Assembly: GCF_000143415.4 (NCBI RefSeq)
Contig: NW_003314271.1
Location: forward strand, 1,408,092-1,472,091
Direction of reading: 5' to 3'
Source of the DNA: Selaginella moellendorffii
Taxonomy: Eukaryota > Plantae > Lycopodiophyta
DNA length: 64,000 nt
The notes beneath the pieces are model-generated. The model was not told the origin of the DNA and did not search any database. It worked only from the letters and a program-made list of their open reading frames with translations. Positions 60,154 through 64,000 of this stretch are shown here, piece by piece. Each line of letters starts with the position of its first letter. The stretch's first letter is position 1. Both the position numbers and the translations under genes were made by a program.

Positions 60154-63100
60154 ATGATCAGCAGTTTGATGCGGCAGTTGGTCAGGCAGAGCCAGGAATC
60201 CGCGACTCCCAGCGGTGATCGGATCGATGCTCCTCCCAAAGGTCCGGATGATGAATCCCCGCCTCGAGCTTCGCCTCTGACTCCTCTCAAACTCAGGTCG
60301 GAGCAATCTCCACCTCCCGGGAATGAGAATATTTCGCCCTCTCCTCTGCCGCGGGCGATCGCATCACTGTCTCCAGGTATGGCGAAGTAAAGTATAATTC
60401 GGTATATCGAATTCTATTTTGTCCCTATAGGAGCATCGGCCGGAAAGAATGAGCAGTGTTCTTCCACAGGGTTTGAGGTACGGCTTACTTTCTTTTTTTC
60501 TTTTCTCAAGTTCCAAATTAGCTAAAATCTATGTTCCGGTTTTATAGAGTCCCCGCATCTCCGATTTTGGGAAGGATACTGATTCTCCAAGGTTTCAAGC
60601 GCTGCTACAGCTTACGAGCGGCTTAAAGAAAACCAAGCTACGAAGCCTCAACAAGAGCTTTGAGGTAGAGGCAAAAGATCTACACGCAAACATGTATTGG
60701 CGGCCTCACAGCTTTAACGACGTTGAGGTTGGTGTGCACTTTCTTTTTTTGTTCTTTTTGTTCTTCTTTTTTACACCACCTTTTCAGGAAATCATCTCAG
60801 CTTTACGTGAAAAATTCAACTTGGCAAAGGAGGAAGTAAATGCAGAGCTTGCGGCGTTTGAGCTAGAGTTAAAGGAGATTCTGCGGACAGGAGACGTGCC
60901 TCCCGGGGAAGAGAAAGGCTTCGAAGAGCTGCTGGCTGTGGCCCGGGCATGTCTTACGATGACGCCCTTCGACTTTCAGCAGCAGTGTGAGCGTGTGGTC
61001 CAGGCGCTCGATGAGAAGAGGCAAGAGCAGTCAAATGGTCTGCTGAAGCAGCTTTTCACGCGCATTCTCTTCATCCTCACACGCTGTACTCGCTTGCTCC
61101 AGTTCCGGAACGAAAACGGTCTGAACAAGGATGGCTGCCTGAACAGGTTTCCGAGACATCCAAAGTCCGACACCATCGCTGATGCAACGGATGGAAAGGA
61201 TTCGCGGTCCTGTCCGGCAACACTGAAGTCGTTAAAGCTTGAAGACAGGGTCCTCAACAAAAACCAAGATGAAAACACAGCGAAAGATGGTTCTCGTCAA
61301 CTGGAGCAGTCAAGCAACGGGCTTGTTTGCCGGATATGTGAATTACGGGTTCCAGCGTTTTTCTTTGAAGGACATTCGCGTGTATGCGCGGCTGCTGATC
61401 GGTGCGATCATGACAAGCTGGGGTTCGATGACAGGTTAAACAGACTCGCTGAGACTTTGGAAAAAGTCGTAGAGACTTGCTCACCGAAAAGCCAGGCAGA
61501 AGGTGACAGTTTGTCTCCTAAGCGAACAGACGATAACACTCCCCGGTCTCCGTTTTCCTCTGGTTCCATGGAGGAAGCGGATGATGTCTACGAGGTAACA
61601 TTTATATTTTCTTTGCTCGTGATAAAAGTTTCTTCTCTACACACAGATTGAAGAACTGGCATATCTTGCTAGATGTGTCGCAAGAGTGAACGTCCTAGAC
61701 GAGTCTGCTCTGGAACATTTGAGTGTTTGCAGTCAGAACGTTGAAAAAATCCTTCATGATTGTAAGGCCGAAGGTTTGACGGCAATTACATATGGAGAGA
61801 GAATAAGATCTCTTGTCAGGTAAGTTCGTTGTGTTGATGTAGTGTTCGTTGGAGCTACTGAAAATGCTGTTGCAGGCAAAAGTACTTGGAAGCTTCTAAA
61901 GCTTGTGAGCATAATGACTGTGTATCAAAGGAACCTGCACCTTTACCTTGTAAGCACAGAACCAGCATTGAGGACTTCGAAATTATCAAGCCTATCAGTC
62001 GTGGCGCGTTTGGGAGGGTGTTTTTGGCCAGAAAAAAGACTACTGGTGATCTGTTTGCTGTCAAGGTCTGGAGCTATCATTTATATTCGTAGATTTCAAA
62101 AAAAAAAAATCTGTTATGCTTTAATCAGGTTCTTCGAAAATCTGACATGATACGAAAAAATGCCGTACGGAGTGTTCAGGCTGAGCGCAACATCCTTATC
62201 TCTGCTCGAAATCCATTTGTGGTAAGTTCACAAGTTTGACGTCTCAAACCCTGCTTAACATTTGGTTTGTAGGTCCGTTTTTTCTATTCTTTCACATGCA
62301 GCGAGAACCTTTACTTAGTCATGGAGTACCTGAACGGAGGCGATCTATACTCATTGCTCATGAGTATGGGATGCCTTGAGGAGGACATGGCACGCGTTTA
62401 CATCGCTGAGCTCGTACGTAGTTAGGAAGACCCTGAGTATGTTGTGACGTTATATACAGGTCCTGGCGCTAGAGTATCTGCACTCTTTAGGAGTTGTACA
62501 CCGAGACTTGAAGCCTGGGAACATACTGATTGCGCACGATGGACATATCAAAGTAAGTGAATGGTGGTTTTTAAGTGACTAAAATTGTGCTTTCAGCTGA
62601 CCGACTTCGGTTTATCAAGAATGGGTCTTATCAATAGCACTGACGACCTTGCTATTGCTATGAATGACGATAGGGAACATAATCAGCTAAAATCAGCAGT
62701 GGGGACGCCTGACTACCTGGCCCCTGAGATTTTGCTGGGAACTGAACATGGTAACGTTTTTCTTACTGACACGAATTGTTGTTTTCATTGTACTGTTTTG
62801 ATAGCACTTTTCTTACGGATTGTTGTTTTCATTGTAGACCATGCCGCCGACTGGTGGTCTGTTGGGATTATCTTGTACGAGTTTCTCACTGGTGTTCCTC
62901 CATTCAATGCCGAGCATCCTCAGGTGCCTACCGAGGAATCATTTTGTCAATTATAACGCTCTTTCTGCAGATCATCTTCGACAACATCCTTAACAAGAAG
63001 ATTTCCTGGCCGCGAGTCCCGGAAGATGTATCATATGACGCCTGTGATCTAATAAACAGGTATGAGCTTCAATACACCAGAGCTCCATCTCAGAAACGAA

Positions 63101-63751
63101 ACTTACACAGGCTCCTCACCGATGATCCAAAACGACGCTTGGGTTACCGGGGTGCCGGAGAGGTGAAGGCGCATCCATTTTTCAAGGATGTGAAGTGGGA
63201 CATGCTTGCGCAACAGAAGGTACAAGAGAAAGCAATCTCTTCAATCTAATGGCGTTTCGTTTCGCTGTGATAACAGGCAGCATTCGTTCCATGCCCGAGT
63301 GACCAGCATGATACCAGTTACTTCAACTCGAGGTCCAGGTCCATGGACAGCATCGAGGAAGAGGATTCATTCGGGAGTACCTGCAGCATGGACTTGTTTG
63401 AAAACAAGCTTGGCGACGAGGTAAGCGAAGCAAATCTTTACACTCTTTCTTATAGCTTTCCATTGCTATAGGCCGATGACGATTGCCATGAGCTCACCGA
63501 GTTTGGATCATTCTCCCACGTCACATTTAGCAACTTCTCTTTCAAGGTATGCGAGACTCTCCCTCTCTCTCTCCCATTTTTCTTCCATCCCCCACTCCAT
63601 CTTCTCACCCAACTCTCATCTCCATCTCACTGCCGCGGTGGAAAAACCAAATTTTCAGAACCTCTCGCAGCTCGCGTCCATCAATTACGACTTATTGGTG
63701 CAAAACGGCACCGGCATGGAGTCAATGGGAGGCCGACTTTCCAGTCCATGA
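60154..63751 (+). CDS. IRE/IREH1-family AGC Ser/Thr kinase, multi-exon
   Basis: [26 protein letters not shown] zinc finger, [64 protein letters not shown]; start uncertain. Confidence 0.93.
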
Positions 63752-64000
63752 CGAGAAACCGAAAACAATGAGAGGAAAACGAACGAAAAACGAAGAGAGC
63801 CTCTTTTGTAGCCGATTGTAAATACATTTTTCCCTTCGTACAAGTTTTTTGCACGGATGGCAATATCGTACGTGTTAGTTGGTACGGAGTTCTAGCAATG
63901 TCACGGGACTGGGACATTCTTACAGTTAAGACGCGGCGGTTCGCATCATCAATCAAGTCTCGTCGTTCGCGTCGGGCTTGCGCGTCTGTGAATGAATCCC

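Overview
Eukaryotic land-plant nuclear DNA, most likely the lycophyte Selaginella (inferred from ~50-60 bp GT-AG introns, very short intergenic spacers, PPR debris and a MORN2-like gene). The left half (1-33 kb) is a repeat-rich, CpG-depleted rearranged zone. It holds decayed Sola/DUF7869-like DDE transposase copies, Gypsy remnants, solo LTRs and 5S-bearing Cassandra-type TRIMs. It also contains a segmental duplication (about 8.9-18.8 kb vs about 25-40.9 kb; gene block offset ~22.1 kb) carrying a head-to-head pair of Crinkler/RHS-type genes, PPR fragments, two NFD4-like MFS transporters and DUS3 (truncated in the first copy). The right half (36-64 kb) is dense ordinary gene space: MFS x3, DUS3, RPL22, two unknown plant proteins, a multi-LOTUS protein, tRNA-Gln, CNGC, tRNA-iMet, LEA_2, polygalacturonase, MAEA/GID9, MORN2-like and an IRE-type AGC kinase. 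The best candidate for a new system is a spliced Crinkler-like gene with the architecture NLS-P-loop NTPase-[PHD finger inserted in a restriction-endonuclease fold]-Rho_N/HeH. It is paired palindromically with a nuclease-less paralogue whose 3' end abuts a DNA-transposase remnant. A ~250 bp plasmid traI fragment beside an N-gap is probably contamination. All family assignments are by eye from motifs; no searches were run.
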